Part shown: in pieces, positions 27,330 through 40,700 of the stretch | Layout of the letters: the number at the start of each line of letters is the position of its first letter | Numbering within the stretch: position 1 is the stretch's first letter | The notes under the pieces: generated by a model | What the model saw: only the letters and a program-made list of their open reading frames with translations | Told to the model about the DNA's origin: nothing | Databases searched by the model: none | Position numbers and translations under genes: made by a program | From: Euprymna scolopes | Taxonomy: Eukaryota | Strand: one strand, 5' to 3' | NCBI GenBank assembly: GCA_053919585.1 | Contig: CM132800.1 | DNA: 64,000 bases

Positions 27330-27590
27330 AATTACACTACTGTTATACTCACATCCAATCGCCACAGATTCTTGTTAATGACCCTCCCTTTCCCCCTAAA
27401 ATAATAGCATGGACTTTATACCATTGATCAATATTAGTACTCGGATAACGTATACTATTTTTTTCTGCTGGCTCTCATTCCTGATTAATTACCACTCATC
27501 CACAACAGTCTGTTGCTAATCTAACAATGATTAAGCTGTTAAATGCACACACTGATGACATAGGTGTGCCAAGTTTGAAGTCAGTGCGAC
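27330..27590 (+). repeat. Interspersed non-coding repeat, copy 1
   Basis: Shares taaaataatagcatg, tcaat.ttagtactcggata, tcattcctga, cacaac...ctgttg and ggtgtg.caagtttgaagtc, in the same order, with 29600-29835. Confidence 0.8.
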
Positions 27591-29599
27591 AGGAGTTCTG
27601 ATCTCGTCAAATAAAGAATAAAATATTCTCAGCTAATTGCTTTCCATATTTTGAATTGTCACATTGATAAAATAATTAGAGGAATATCACTTAAAATATA
27701 TAACATAGGTAATCAACGTTGAATCAGCAACAGAAGGAGTCCTCTAAACTTCAATTCTGCTGTACCGTAATAGGGTGAGAATGAGCAATCCCGTGTTGAT
27801 CCCATGTCCGTAGTTAGTCAGTTTGGAACCGGGCGGCATAGTCACAAACCAGACAGAGTTTGGTAGAAATCTAGGAGTAGTCAGCATCAACATTAATCGT
27901 CCTCTAATCGTATTCTTCTTTCCGAGTGTAAAACAAGATGTATTCCGCACATAATTGGAAACAAATAGAATGAAAGTGACAACGTTTCGATCTCAACATT
28001 TAAATGGCAACCAGCAATCTATCTAATAACTGCGACGATGTAGACCAAATTATTTTGGTGCAGGTTCTCGTGAACTCTATTAAGAGAATGCTTTCTTAAC
28101 AAAAAGGAAAAAAAGAACATCCCCAATTAATGGTTTAATATATAGGTTTAATCATAAAAATAGCTCCAATATATTTCTTTCCAATTTATATTATCTTCGT
28201 AATCAGTATTATTTTTTTTCATTTTCTTACTCGAACAATCAACTTAACTAATCTATTTCCTAATCTTGTTGCGATTATAAACACCTTTATATCAATCAGT
28301 GATAATACTAGTTTCATTTAGCTGCTATTGAATAACAGGATAGAACTGTAATAATAATTTAATCTTGATAACTCATTATGTCTGCTTGTTTGTTTTCGTT
28401 TGCTACACTAACCTCCTTCCTTGTACAAGGTTACAGAGCATCGTGAAGTAAATGATTTAAATTTTGTTGAATATTCCAGTTATGTATATGTAGGCGACCT
28501 CAGAAAAGCTAACTAATTTGCGTATTTCTTTATTATTTATCTTATGATTTTTCATTCGAAAATTGCCTTCAAGTATTACGGTTAATTCTGTATATGCATG
28601 ATTTTGGAGAATTTAGGATGAACACACTTTAGCATATGGGCAGGTTCAAACTGTCTGAATGTAAGTGTTTTTAAAGTATCTAGGCTCTGAGATTTTTTTA
28701 CTGCTTCACGACATTTAACTTCTTTTATGTGATGTTGTTCTATTCAGTCTAAATGCGGGAGCGTATCTATATTATTAATTCATTGCAGCTAAGAAATATA
28801 AATCAAATCTAATTACTGAACAAAAGATATTGCTTATTATATGAAATAATATTAGTTTAAATCATCATCTTGTGGTATTTTAATGCATTTAAGTTACATA
28901 GCGACAATTAAATCTGCTATTTAATGAATCAAAGATTTAAAATTTTATTGAATATAATGTATACTAATAAGACACAAATTAAACATTTCTCCCTGAACTT
29001 TCATTTTTTCATAAGTATAATAATGGTAAAACCTTTATTTCTGACATTAATATTTCAGAAGAAAATCAATCTCCGTCGCGATTATAGTATAAATTACTAA
29101 CAGAGTTTTATATGTTGATGATTATCATTGCAAATGAATATAAAAATGTTGTAAAACGTTGCATTTCGAGGAAATACTTTGAAAATATAGTCGGCTCATT
29201 CTAACACTTAAGAAAAACATGGTACTAGCATAAACATTAAACATATTTAAGAATCAGGCATGTCAACCAAAAGTAATAATGCTAAAGAGATACAAAGACG
29301 GCAATTTTTATTGTTATAAAAGAATACAAAACTGACTCTGAAATGTCCTATTCTCTTCCCTACTTGGTCACTCTCACAGCAAAACGTTTCTCACGCTTTT
29401 TTCAGTTATTGTTGGCTAAGTACGTGTTCGACTTTACCCAAATCTTTTGTCCACCCATGAATTCAAACCAAGATCTTGTCTTCTATAACAATGAAACAAA
29501 ATTCTCTCACTATTATTTCCATAAAACAAACCGAACTTTCCGAGAACATGGTTTATTTACAACAAATCAAGAGATTGCGTTACCGCTAATTACCTCATA

Positions 29600-29835
29600 G
29601 TTCTCCTCACATCAAATCACAGCTCATTCCTGCTGCTGACCTCCTTTCTTCATAAAATAATAGCATGCACATTATACTTTATATCAATGTTAGTACTCGG
29701 ATAGTGTTACTTACCTTTCTGTTGGTAGTCATTCCTGACGCATTGACAATCACACACAACGCCCTGTTGGGGGTGCATTTTTTAGGTGCTAAGTATACGG
29801 ACTGAGCATATGGGTGTGACAAGTTTGAAGTCCGT
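29600..29835 (+). repeat. Interspersed non-coding repeat, copy 2
   Basis: Diverged direct copy of 27330-27590. Confidence 0.8.
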
Positions 29836-30004
29836 CAATTCCATAAACATATTTTAAAGATGTTGGCAACTTCTTCGTAGTCTTTTCTGTCATTACTCAA
29901 ATGAAACACCAATACGCTTATTCGTAACAATCTAGTGACTATACAGTGCCTATTGATTTTGATAAGCTATGTAAACTGTATTAAAGAAAAACTATGAACA
30001 TGTA

Positions 30005-30048
<44 letters not shown>

Positions 30049-30091
30049 ATGTTGATTAAGTGTAAGTTTATACAGGCAACTGTTTAATATA

Positions 30092-30138
<47 letters not shown>

Positions 30139-31139
30139 ATATATTGATAGATATATATAGGGATTCACCCAACATTAAACAAGATACCGTACAAAGACAA
30201 ACCGAGTCTAGGATAGGTTTTCTTCCTGCATAATGTTTTGTCATGGCAGGCATACATTAAATCATTACTAAAATATTTTAAATGTATCAACCTACAAGGA
30301 AGTATAAAATACTAACTAAAATTAAGGCGGTCCTATTGACATGGTGTAGACAAAATTCACCAACAGACAAATTTGCGCATGTAATCTTGGTGTCGTGATG
30401 CTATTATTAAATCAGAAGCGCATATGGTATGAACATCCAATTATTTGGAAATGTGAAATGAATTAAAAATAATTTATTACACTTTTTGGTATGTCTATGT
30501 TTTTTTTCTATACATAGAAATTAGTTAACATAAAACATGTCTGTGGATAACCGGTATATGTTTCTGAAACGTAATAATCGATGCATCCTTCGATGGTAAC
30601 GATTTGGGAAAAATATGAGTTTAATTCGGAAAGAATTCTAACACTTTCACAATGGTGTATATTTACTACAACTTATTATAATACATATATGGCCATATTA
30701 TAGTTATTGAAAGTAATGTGAGCATACTAATAAATTTATTTCTACCATCAATCATTATGTATGTGTTTACTACAAGAATACTCGTCTTATGAAAAGTAAA
30801 AATTTATTCGCCGGGAATAACAAATTGTACTATTTTAATGTATCTCTATGTTGATTAATGCATTATATAATACTATTATTGGAATATTCCGCCTAATAAT
30901 TTAATTAAAAGCTTAACATATAAAACACTAAATATTTTCTCAATAAAAATGTGTTTTAGTATTTTCTATGTCTGAAGCTTTATTTATATTAGTATGTAGT
31001 AGAATAGACCGATATATTAACATATGACGCAATCAAGATAACACGCATTTTTAGATAACTGTAAAAATATTCTCTAAATACTGACACTCAAAATGCTAAA
31101 ATAATTTATATGATATTCAATAAGTGGAGATAGATTGAT

Positions 31140-31470
31140 TGGTAAATAGTAAAACAAAATAAAATAAATACAATAACCAAATTTTCAGCTAGAATTCGTC
31201 ACTGTCAACTTTCTCTCTCAACTTCCAGCACGTGTTCTACCCACCACCTCTGCCACAGGCATTTTATTAGAAAATTGAACCCATTTTATTTGCATACGTG
31301 TGCAGTAGAAAATGAGATCTCGTGAGATTCAACGAGACTACACCTTATAAATCCACGGCTGCCATTTTTAATTTCTCTCTCTCAAATCACATTCGAAGGT
31401 AAGTTGTCTAACCGCACAATACACAAACACGCGGGCGCTTTCTTCATTGATTATTACATTCAACTCTACA
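31140..31470 (-). repeat. 3' LTR of the Gypsy element
   Basis: Minus strand runs TGTAGAG...TTTACCA and aligns with 35815-36151; TATA-like ggatttataagg is followed by AATAAA. Confidence 0.93.
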
Positions 31471-31479
31471 TTCCACCCT

Positions 31480-34400
31480 GGCATGGTGGACGCGGGCGTT
31501 TGTTGCGGTCACTCTTCGTTGGAGCTCTCAGAAGAGGCGTCGGAACCATTGGCATCAGCGTTAGGGCGTCCAGTCATACCATCAGACTGAACTTCTTCAT
31601 CTTCATCGGAGCTCTCAGAAGGGGTGCTGGAACTATCGTCGGCAGCGTCAGGGTTCGCAGTTGTATCATCACGGGGAATAGGTCGGATGCACAGATGATC
31701 GTTGGATTATTCACCATTACTGCTACTCGCCAACTGGTTCATATTTACGGCATGCCGGATATCCTTCACATGGCGTGGGGTACCATCGACTAGCACGGTT
31801 TGCTTACTGATGATATCAGTTATTCGCCCTCTTTGAACGCTGTTGGTTCATCGATTATTGGGAGGCTTCACCCAGACACTGTCCCCTAACTCATACGGCC
31901 CTCGGGTTTCCTGCCAATCAGGCACACGGGCGTCTGTGTCCTTGATGCGCACTCGATAGCAATGGACCGCCTTGTTGGGTGCGCTTGCAGCAGTCATGCC
32001 ATCCTTTAGTGTTGCATTATATCTCTTGACCGCTTCTGCCATCGTGCATTGTTTTCTTGCCGCGATCCTCTTCACGCTTCGATTGCACCGCTCTGCTATG
32101 CCATTGCTACTCGACACACGTGCACATCTGTATCTGAGCTGGATCACCCACTTGTCTACGAAACGTCTGGAATCCCCACTGCAGAAGGCCGTGTCTTTGT
32201 CTGTGAGGATCTCTTCAGGTGGGCCCTTTAATAAAATATGGACTCCAATTCACAGATGACAATGGAGGAATCCTGTCTTATAAACGGGCGCCAGATCGCG
32301 AACCTTGTCGGTCCACAATCGATCAGAGTGAGGAAGTACTGGTTGCTGTAGTCAATTATGCCCATACCTGGACTATACTGAAAAAAAAATGGTCGGGTCC
32401 TTCTATCGATCCAGTAGATATCTCACTGCTGATGCAATTCTCTATCTATATAAGAGCTAGATACGTCCAAGGATGGAATACTGTTGCCACATATGGGCAG
32501 GAGCTGCTAGAAAAGACTTGTCCTGTCTTGATAGGGTTCAAAATAGACTTCGTGGCCTGGTGGGAGATGTCCTTTTCTCTTCTCTGCAACCTCTATCTCA
32601 CATAAGATATATTGCGAGTTTGTCTCTGCTTTATCGTTATTTTCATGGAAAGTGTTCGACTGAGCTTCAATCTATGCCCCCCTCGCCAAACTTTCACAAG
32701 AAAACCTCGTCTAGCTGAAAACACAATCAATAATTCCCCCCACTCTTTATCTGTGCCTAAACCTAAACATAGATTCCATGATCAAAGCTTATTTCTTAGA
32801 ACCGCACGACTGTGGAATTGTATTCCGTTTTCCTGCTTTCCAGCCATCTATAATATGGTTGTAATCAAGTCCAGCGTGAACAAGTTTCTGGTGAGCCGTT
32901 CCACTTAAATTAACAAATTTACCGAACTTCCATTACTATCGATTACTACATTGTCCTTTTGACTACTGTACACTCTTTAACCCTTATCCTTGAGTGGCCT
33001 ATCGGCCTTGATAAGTGGTGACGCCTATGTAAAAAAAAAACTAGTCGGCTCCAAGTCGTGTCTACTCTCAGCTGACCTTTCCGCCATCTGGCCGGGTTGG
33101 GGTCAATTGACTTGCATGTTTGTCAATCCTTGAATACCGCATTCACTACACATTTGGACACCGACGGATTGGACAACTGCACAAAATAACATGCCCATCT
33201 CACTTCGGGGTGTCCACTGAGGTAGTTTATCTTCCGGATTTCATCCTCCAACTCAATAGAGGCGGCACATAATGGCACTAGCTCGGTGTTCTTCATGGTG
33301 TCATCCCATCTCTGTGACACCCGAGTGAGCCTATACGCAAGGTTGCAATTTGAAGTGACCACTACCGCATCCGCAGACAGTTTGTAGTCTGTTACTTACC
33401 TTTTTACGGTCTCTGAGTTCCTTCTGATGAGCATCTCGCTGGCTGGCATAGTGCGCACGCTGGTCTTGCCTATTCGTGTATATGCTATCCAGTAGTACAC
33501 ACATGAATCCGTGTGTATCCGTAATATCCTGACTTTCCACTGCAGTGCCAGGTTGACACCTTTTATCACAGCATCGAGCTCTGCCAGGTTGATATGAGCA
33601 GCATCATTCACCGGTCGCAACAAGCAGGCGTCCTCAATCGCAGCCTCATACTTTTTCAACAGCATACCAATTGCCAGAGAGCTCGCATCCACCCACACGT
33701 TCAGTTTGTCTCCCTGCACGCACCAGTCTTCTTTGGCGGCGTCATCCTGCTTTAGCCTTGCGATGGTCTCCTTCACTATGCAAACCAACAGATCGTCGGC
33801 TGTTTCATCATCCCAGACTTTGGTGACTGCGCCTCACCTCCTTTTTATGATGCCTGTTGCAACACGATTTAATCCACACACTGGTAGGTGCCCCACAAGT
33901 TTTCCAAACAGGGAGAATACTGTTCGCCTCGTGAAGACATCGGGCACTGCAGGAACTGCAGTTCCGCGCCTCCCTTTCAAAATCCCTCCCTCCTGTCGAA
34001 CTTCAAAATCAAGACACGGACGCCATTCTCCAAACGGTCTGGGTCCTTGGACGTCAAACCGAACTCATCCAGTTTGGACCTTACACGTGATAATGACACA
34101 GTGTCTTCGTTCACATATATGTCATCAAGGTACGCCGATGTCTTATCTTTTATTGTTTCTTCCTGTGACAACACAGCGTTAATGATGGTCTTCATTATTT
34201 GGGGTGCGACGTTCAGCCCGAACCCTAGTCTAATACGGCAGTACCTCCTGCAAGCAAACATCACCGTCTGAAATTGCCATATTGTTTCCCTGATTCGGAC
34301 CTGCAGGTATGCTTTTCTTAGATTCAGCAGGGACACATTGCAACCCTGCTGGCGCCACTCTCGTAGCTTGCTGGAACAAATGCCAGCATCTGCCCTGATT

Positions 34401-35057
34401 GCATCAACATGCGCGTTCAGTTCACGGTAGACCATCACTGGCCTCACCTTTGCTTTGTTGTGCTGAGCAACCGCCATCAGCGGAATCAGGCCTCTAGGAG
34501 GTACAAGTTTCTCATAGGGGTAGGGAAATAACCAGCCATCCTTGATCCAATCACGAAGTTCCTCTTCGTATGCAGGACCCATTTGGTCGGGCACATGGTA
34601 CTCTGTTACCTCATTTCGCAGTTTGGCTGGTCTCTGGTTTTCCGACCACTTCCACGTGGCTGTCCAAGCCTTCTGCTGCTGGTCAAATTCGACAATAAAG
34701 TCTAAAGATTGATCAGCCAGACTGGGGCTTTCTTCTGAAACTGTACCGCCCCGTCTGCGTGAGCACCACCAAGAGCTCTGAGAGCATCATAGCCTAGAAG
34801 CAGGTCAAAGCTCAGCGGTTTCTCGAGTACTACCAGCGCTTGGACATTAGCTGAATTGCATGTTCTAGTGGGAATGTTCACAGCGCCCACCCCGCAACAT
34901 GTCCGCGTCGCTCCACTGAGGGTGGTTACTCTAGTAGTCTTCCTCGTCCACGTGCGGCAGAGATCCGCTCTCACTATGGTACGAGACAACCCCGAGTTGA
35001 AGAGAGCTGAGCACAATGTCTCATTGATTTAGACCTGAATGGACGGAAGCGCATCAT
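31480..35057 (-). pseudogene. pol: Gypsy pol (PR-RT-RH-IN), disrupted and interrupted by a LINE fragment
   Basis: ORF pieces 35016-34702 (protease, catalytic D mutated: ALFNSG), 34594-33977 (RT), 33788-33396 (RNase H), 33362-33123 (HHCC region) and 32147-31848 (integrase). Confidence 0.92.
32370..33040 (+). mobile_element. 5'-truncated LINE A-family copy nested in the Gypsy integrase
   Basis: Closely matches ~13000-13650 (MEYCCHIWAGA..., 3' motif, A10 tail). Removing it restores the integrase reading W-S-R-L-G-M. A 2-bp CT is repeated at the junctions. Confidence 0.95.
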
Positions 35058-35785
35058 CTAATTTCTGTCTGGGGAAGAGGTCGACGCTGGCACCTTGTCC
35101 CCGACCCCGTATTCCGAACAATCCCGGGCCATATGATTAGTATCATTACATCGGTAGCATCGAACGGCTGTCAATCGCCGCCGGCGGTTCCTCACAATGT
35201 GGCTCTGGCCATTGCACCTATAACAAACGACTTCACCACGCAGGCCGGGGCCTTGGTATGGTATATCATCACTGGATGCGGGATGTGCAGTAACAACTAC
35301 GGGTTCTCTTATCTCATAAGTATTCTTCATCACTGTCTGGCCCGGTCTACACTGTCATTAAGGGAAAATAAAGCTATGCTTGAGCTAGCCTGCAGGAGTT
35401 TCTTTGCTCCAGTTGGGAATCCTGCTAAAGATTTTCATGCCAAGACCCGCTCAGGCAGCCAACTAAACAACACCGTAAACTTCGTCAGCTCGGCAAAATA
35501 AACGGCGACAGTTTCGCCGGGATGTAAGCTTCTTGCCCCAAATCGCTCCCAAGCAGTGGCGGGGTCGATAGCAAACGCCTTGTATAATGCTACCTTGCTT
35601 TTTTCATACTCATATTTTTCCTCAGCTGTTGATATACCGTGAAAGCCCGCCGGACAGACGCAGAGGAACCACGTGTTCACTTCTCTTCACACTAGACAAC
35701 AGGCAATATAGTTCCACCTTCTCCACCCAGTCAAGTACTGGAGTCGAGACGTCGAATTCTGGTATTAATTTATTTGTCCCTCATT
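35058..35785 (-). pseudogene. gag: Gypsy gag (frameshifted) with zinc knuckles
   Basis: LIPEFDVSTPVLDWVEKVE; LHPGETVAVYFAEL; CYRCNGQSH.. and CYRCNDTNHMARDC. Confidence 0.88.
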
Positions 35786-35814
35786 ACGACGAAATAGCTT
35801 TCAGTTTAATGGGC

Positions 35815-36151
35815 TGGTAAACAGCAAAACAAAATAAAATAAATACAATAAGCAAAGGTTCAGCTAGAATTCGTCACTGTCAACTTTCTTTCTCCAGTTC
35901 CAGCACGTGTTCCCCCCCCAACGCCTCTGCCAACAGACATTTTATTAAAAAATTGATCCCATTCCATTTGCATACGTGTGCAGTAGAAGATGAGATCTCG
36001 TGAGATTCCACGACACTACATCATATAAATCCATGTCTGCCATTTTTAATTTCTTTCTCTCTCAGATCACATCCGAAGGTAAGTTGTATAACCGCACAAT
36101 AAACACACACGTGGGCGCGTTTTTCTTTGAGTATTACATGCAACTCTACCA
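35815..36151 (-). repeat. 5' LTR of the Gypsy element
   Basis: Minus strand runs TGGTAGAG...TTTACCA (5-bp terminal inverted repeat TGGTA/TACCA). Confidence 0.93.
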
Positions 36152-37749
36152 TAAGATAATAGTAATATAAGAGTTTTTCAATTCTTTAATGAAGAAGATA
36201 TGCTCCTTCTTTTTAGGTAGGAAAATTCTTACACCAACCGATATTTTATATAAAACTTTAGGAAGCAATTAACCTGAACATGGGGCATTCTCGTCATATC
36301 AAGTGTGACACATCAAACACTAGCATGTAGCTCTGGAAATAGATGTAAAGAGGAATTACATACATAATACGACATAAACTGTCTACCTATTTCCTAAAGT
36401 TGTCATATCACCTAAGCGTGGCATTATTATGAATCTTTTAACACACTTGTAAAATCACTACTATTGTTCTTAGGTAGCAGAAGATTATTTACTCTAATTC
36501 CATCTGTTTTCCAACATTCGTTTTAAGTTTTCTTTATGAATTTATATGACTAGGAAGAACAACCCCGAGGCCCATTACTATGGAGGAAAAGCACCCGAAA
36601 ATATATAACGACTTTGAAGAATGTTATATTTGTCACTCTGGATTAGTGTTTTTTATCAGGAAAAGGATTTACGTTTATGTCAGATTTGGTCATTTCAGAG
36701 AATATAAAATAGTAAATGAATTGTATTGTACCTGATAGGCTTATTCTGCCAAAAACTGGAACTGTAAATCATTTCGTATTACACACAGACGTGATATACA
36801 GTTTTGTAATGAACCTACAACAACCTGACTTCCAGTGCTTAGTCAGTCTTTCTGTTGCATTTACATAGCAGTCCTTATGTAATTTCAACGAAAATCCACA
36901 AGTAGAATTACTGCATTTTCACTGGGTCAACGTAAAGACCTACAAGCAATAAAATCAGATACATTCCATGTAGTAGTTCTAAGATGCGAGGAAAATAGTC
37001 TATTATTTTTCTTCGAGTAGTTTTCTTTAAGACTTTTCATTTCTACTCCATGTTTTCTGCCCAGTAAAACATACAAAACTTTAAATGTAATGTGAATAAA
37101 CATGTTACTGACGAGCTCTATATCAAACTCGACCCTGGGAATCAAGCCCCGAACAAAATAGTCTATCTTCTTTTTTGTCAATATATCTTGTTTTAAATGA
37201 ACATTAAAAAAGGTTGACATTATATTACATTAAAAACAGTTTGATCAAAATAACAAACGAGCAGAACCTTCTAATTTGCGCGCCCAAAATTTAATTGCTT
37301 TTGTTTAAATGTTGATCATGAACTTTTATAAGCATTATTCACACATAACTTTTACTTAACCATACTTGTGTCCGACGAACAGAAAATTGAACGCATCGTT
37401 TTATGAAGTTAGTATTATTTAAATGATCCTTTTATGGAAAAATCGATAACTAATGACTGTTCTTCCGATGATTTATTTTTTAAGACAAATCTTTATAATC
37501 AATGAAAAAAGGGCAGGTGTGTATTATCGCCCTTTCCTTTTCTGATAAGTAAAGCATATAATAAAATAGCTCACCGTGAAAATAAAGGCGATCTCGATTA
37601 TAAGGTGAACCAGCTATGCGAAAATCAATATCTTTAGTGCTTCCGCATTTAACTTTGTATGCTTGAATGTACAGTTTTGTGACATATTTTCAATCGATGA
37701 ACACAAAAAGAAGTCAAAGTAACCCCAAGAAACGTTTATCTTTTTTTAT

Positions 37750-40700
37750 GATCTAACTACGCTATGAAGCTAACTGGTTATTTCTACGACGTAATATCTT
37801 ATAATCGATAACTTTTGTCACCTTTTTCCTGTGTGAGTGTCCTTACAATTCTGTTGTGTTAAAACTATAACACCGTTTAAATATATTATCACTAAAAAGA
37901 TTAATAGAATTTTACCTACTTGAAGTTCGGCTGTATTGATGGAAGTGCAGTGTGGTTGCAGTTATTTATATCACAAGCTTATGCTCTTATTCTGCCTATC
38001 CTGTTCGACACGTCTGTGTGGCGGGCATTGTATTCTGAGTATTAATTTCTAAATTCGTCGAACATATTTTTAGCAGGTCTGTCATTGCTTGCATTTTTTT
38101 TGTTGTGTTAATGTTAAGTTTATGTCAGATTTGGTCATTGTCTATGGGGTTAAATTGCTTTTTGTGAGTGGTGAATATTGTTGACATTTTAATGTATATG
38201 TATTGTTTCATTTTCACAGAGATTAACCGAGGGAATCGTTAGACGTATATTGCTAAAAATAATTGAATCGAAAGTCATTCTTATTAATATGTTTCAGTAT
38301 GTGGGTAGGGTTGAGATTTGACTCATGGTTAATGAAAGTTTGTGTGTTTGTTCATCTTTATTAACTTTGTCTTGGTGAACTGCGAAAGAAACTTAGGCTT
38401 AATTAAAGGCAATGGTTATTAATTGTATGTATATTTGGTAAGCTGAGCGTGTAGCGCTGAAAGGAGAAACTCCATAATAAAGATTTCAACGCTTTCTTGT
38501 GATGTGAAATCTCTAGATTTTGTGCATGCTTTTGGTTTTCGATACTACTTTAATAATCTTATATATTTTGGACATTTGTTATTAAATATGTGCATTGAAA
38601 TTTGATTTATTGTCAAATTTTATGCCCAACTATCTTGTTGCTGGGGACATGGATAGTGTGTTTCCATTTATATTAACTTCTGGGCCAAGGAAATATGCTC
38701 GGCCTATATCGAAATGCAAGCACATTATTTTTGTTTCCAGGACTTGGCAGCCGTCTTTATTGGTCAATTTCTTAATCTTGTTGAGTGTATTTTATAGTTG
38801 TTGTTCAACTATAGACACATTTGATGAAGCGTGTGCGATGACGAGGTCAGCTATATTTAGTAATTTTTAGCTTTCTTTTATTCGTAACTTGTGTGATGCT
38901 ATTGATTTTAAGGATGAATAGAGTCAGTGAAAGGTGCTGCCTTGGGGGAGACCTGCTCTATGATATTACATTCTCATACTTGTATTTCTAAATTGCACTG
39001 TAGACTTTCGGCCTGAGAGTAATTTTTTTATATAAATGCATCCATGTTTACTTTTATTAAATTTTTTTAATATATTCTAGATTTCAAACTCCATATATTT
39101 TTCAAAATATTTTTCAAGACCAGAAAAGTCTGTACTCATGCCATTGCATAAGTCTCACAGATTGGTACATAAAATTTTTCGAAATCCACTTTTGTATCTA
39201 GATAAATGTTATTGTTTCCAGATGCTAGCTAAATAGTATCTATTCCTTTCGCCATTTTACTGATGCAGCTTGTTAAGGCATTGGGATGGTTGTTTGTTGG
39301 GTTGGAATAATCATTTTCTGCAGCCAGTATAAAGTATAACTGTTTAACCACCATACAGTGAATACTAAGGAGTCTGTAGGCTGTTTCTGGTAAATGTTTG
39401 AAGAATTAATAGTGGGTTTCATCTGGGTTCGTGGATATGTTTTTCCTTATTTTATTAATTAGGTGATTAAAAAAGAAGCTTGCCACATTTACTTTTGTTT
39501 GACGTGAAGTTAATTTTTTACTCTGTCATGTTTGTATACTTGTGGAATTTGGGGGGATCAGTGGTGCGATGAAGAGGTGTAGCGAAATTCTGATACTGCT
39601 TGTTGGCTAATAGCCAACAAACAGTATAAGAATGTCGGTTTTAGTCGGTCACTTTTTCTATATTTCGTGCGCTTAGGTAAGTCCTATGTGTTTTGTCGGT
39701 TTTTTTCTATTATTTACCATGCTTTATTTATTGCGCTGTTGTTGTTTAATTTTTACTTGTATTTTGCCAAATTCAATTTTTTATTTATTGTATATCAAGA
39801 TTTCGCGTTTGCTTGTGGGTATTTTCGAGGTTGCTTTTGGTATGGTTTTATTACAAGGATTCCGCTATTCTTGGGTTTATTGCATCTCTGAACTTATCTG
39901 TAAAGCAGTAATTTGCTTTTGGGTGAGGCTTGTATTGATGGTTAATTTTGCGACTTTGATTATTGTGTTTGTGAAGGCTAAGATTGAGTCTAGTTTATTG
40001 AGTATTTCCTCATCGAGTTTAACAGAGTAATTTTGTTTTGGTATAGTTTGTCTTTATTATATATTATTTTTTTACACGGGAATCACCACTTATCAAGGCC
40101 CGGAAGCAACTCCAGGATAAGGGTTAATGTGTATAGAATAAGCTGCTTGTAGCATGTTCTGCCCAGATGTTGCAAAAGTACTCCATTTTTACCCGTACCT
40201 GGTATTTATATAGGTACAAAATTTCAGCAGGAGTAAGATATCTACTAGAGCTGTAGAATGATCTCACTATTTTCCCAGCGACCATGGATTTGATATACGT
40301 GTTCCATTTCAGGCTAGGAGTAAAAGCCAAGCCCAGAAACATGAAGCGTCAATCAGACAAGAGCCATTCTGGTAGGGTTACTCTTAGGTAATGTTTTTGA
40401 TTAAAAAAATATTGGTGATTTGTCACTGTACCATTGATCATTTTAGGCATAGTAGAACTCCATAAAAGTTTAGGAAAAAATGTAAGGTGAATGGTTGATG
40501 AGGTTCCGTTGCTTAGATTAAGGTTAATGTATTATTGAAAATACGTAGTTTGGATTAGAGATTTTCCCAATTGTGTTGAATTGAATCGCTACGTCTTACT
40601 GTAGATATTGAAACTCCGATTAGTATGTTAATGGTATATAATTAACACGTTCTGTTTTGACTTAATTTTTAGTTATAGTTAGAGGAACTTAAATTGAACA

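Larger units (their letters stand above)
31140..36151 (-). mobile_element. Gypsy/Ty3 LTR retrotransposon, structurally complete but decayed
   Basis: Two ~330-bp direct LTRs. Minus-strand domain order is gag (LIPEFD, CCHC) - PR - RT (AYLDDI) - RH (WVDAS, NLAELDAV, HTDS) - IN (LIDCGP, LTDKDTAF, NGIAERCNRSVK). A PPT-like AGGGTGGAA precedes the 3' LTR. Confidence 0.95.

Noticed and set aside
27553-27590. CTGATGA/CTGAAGA words (also ~24813, ~31808, ~33425, ~49921, ~59378) as hammerhead cores
   Set aside because: No stem II followed by GAAA; several lie inside coding relics.
31404-35820. Plus-strand ORFs across the Gypsy element
   Set aside because: These are antisense shadows of gag/pol, apart from those in the nested LINE fragment.
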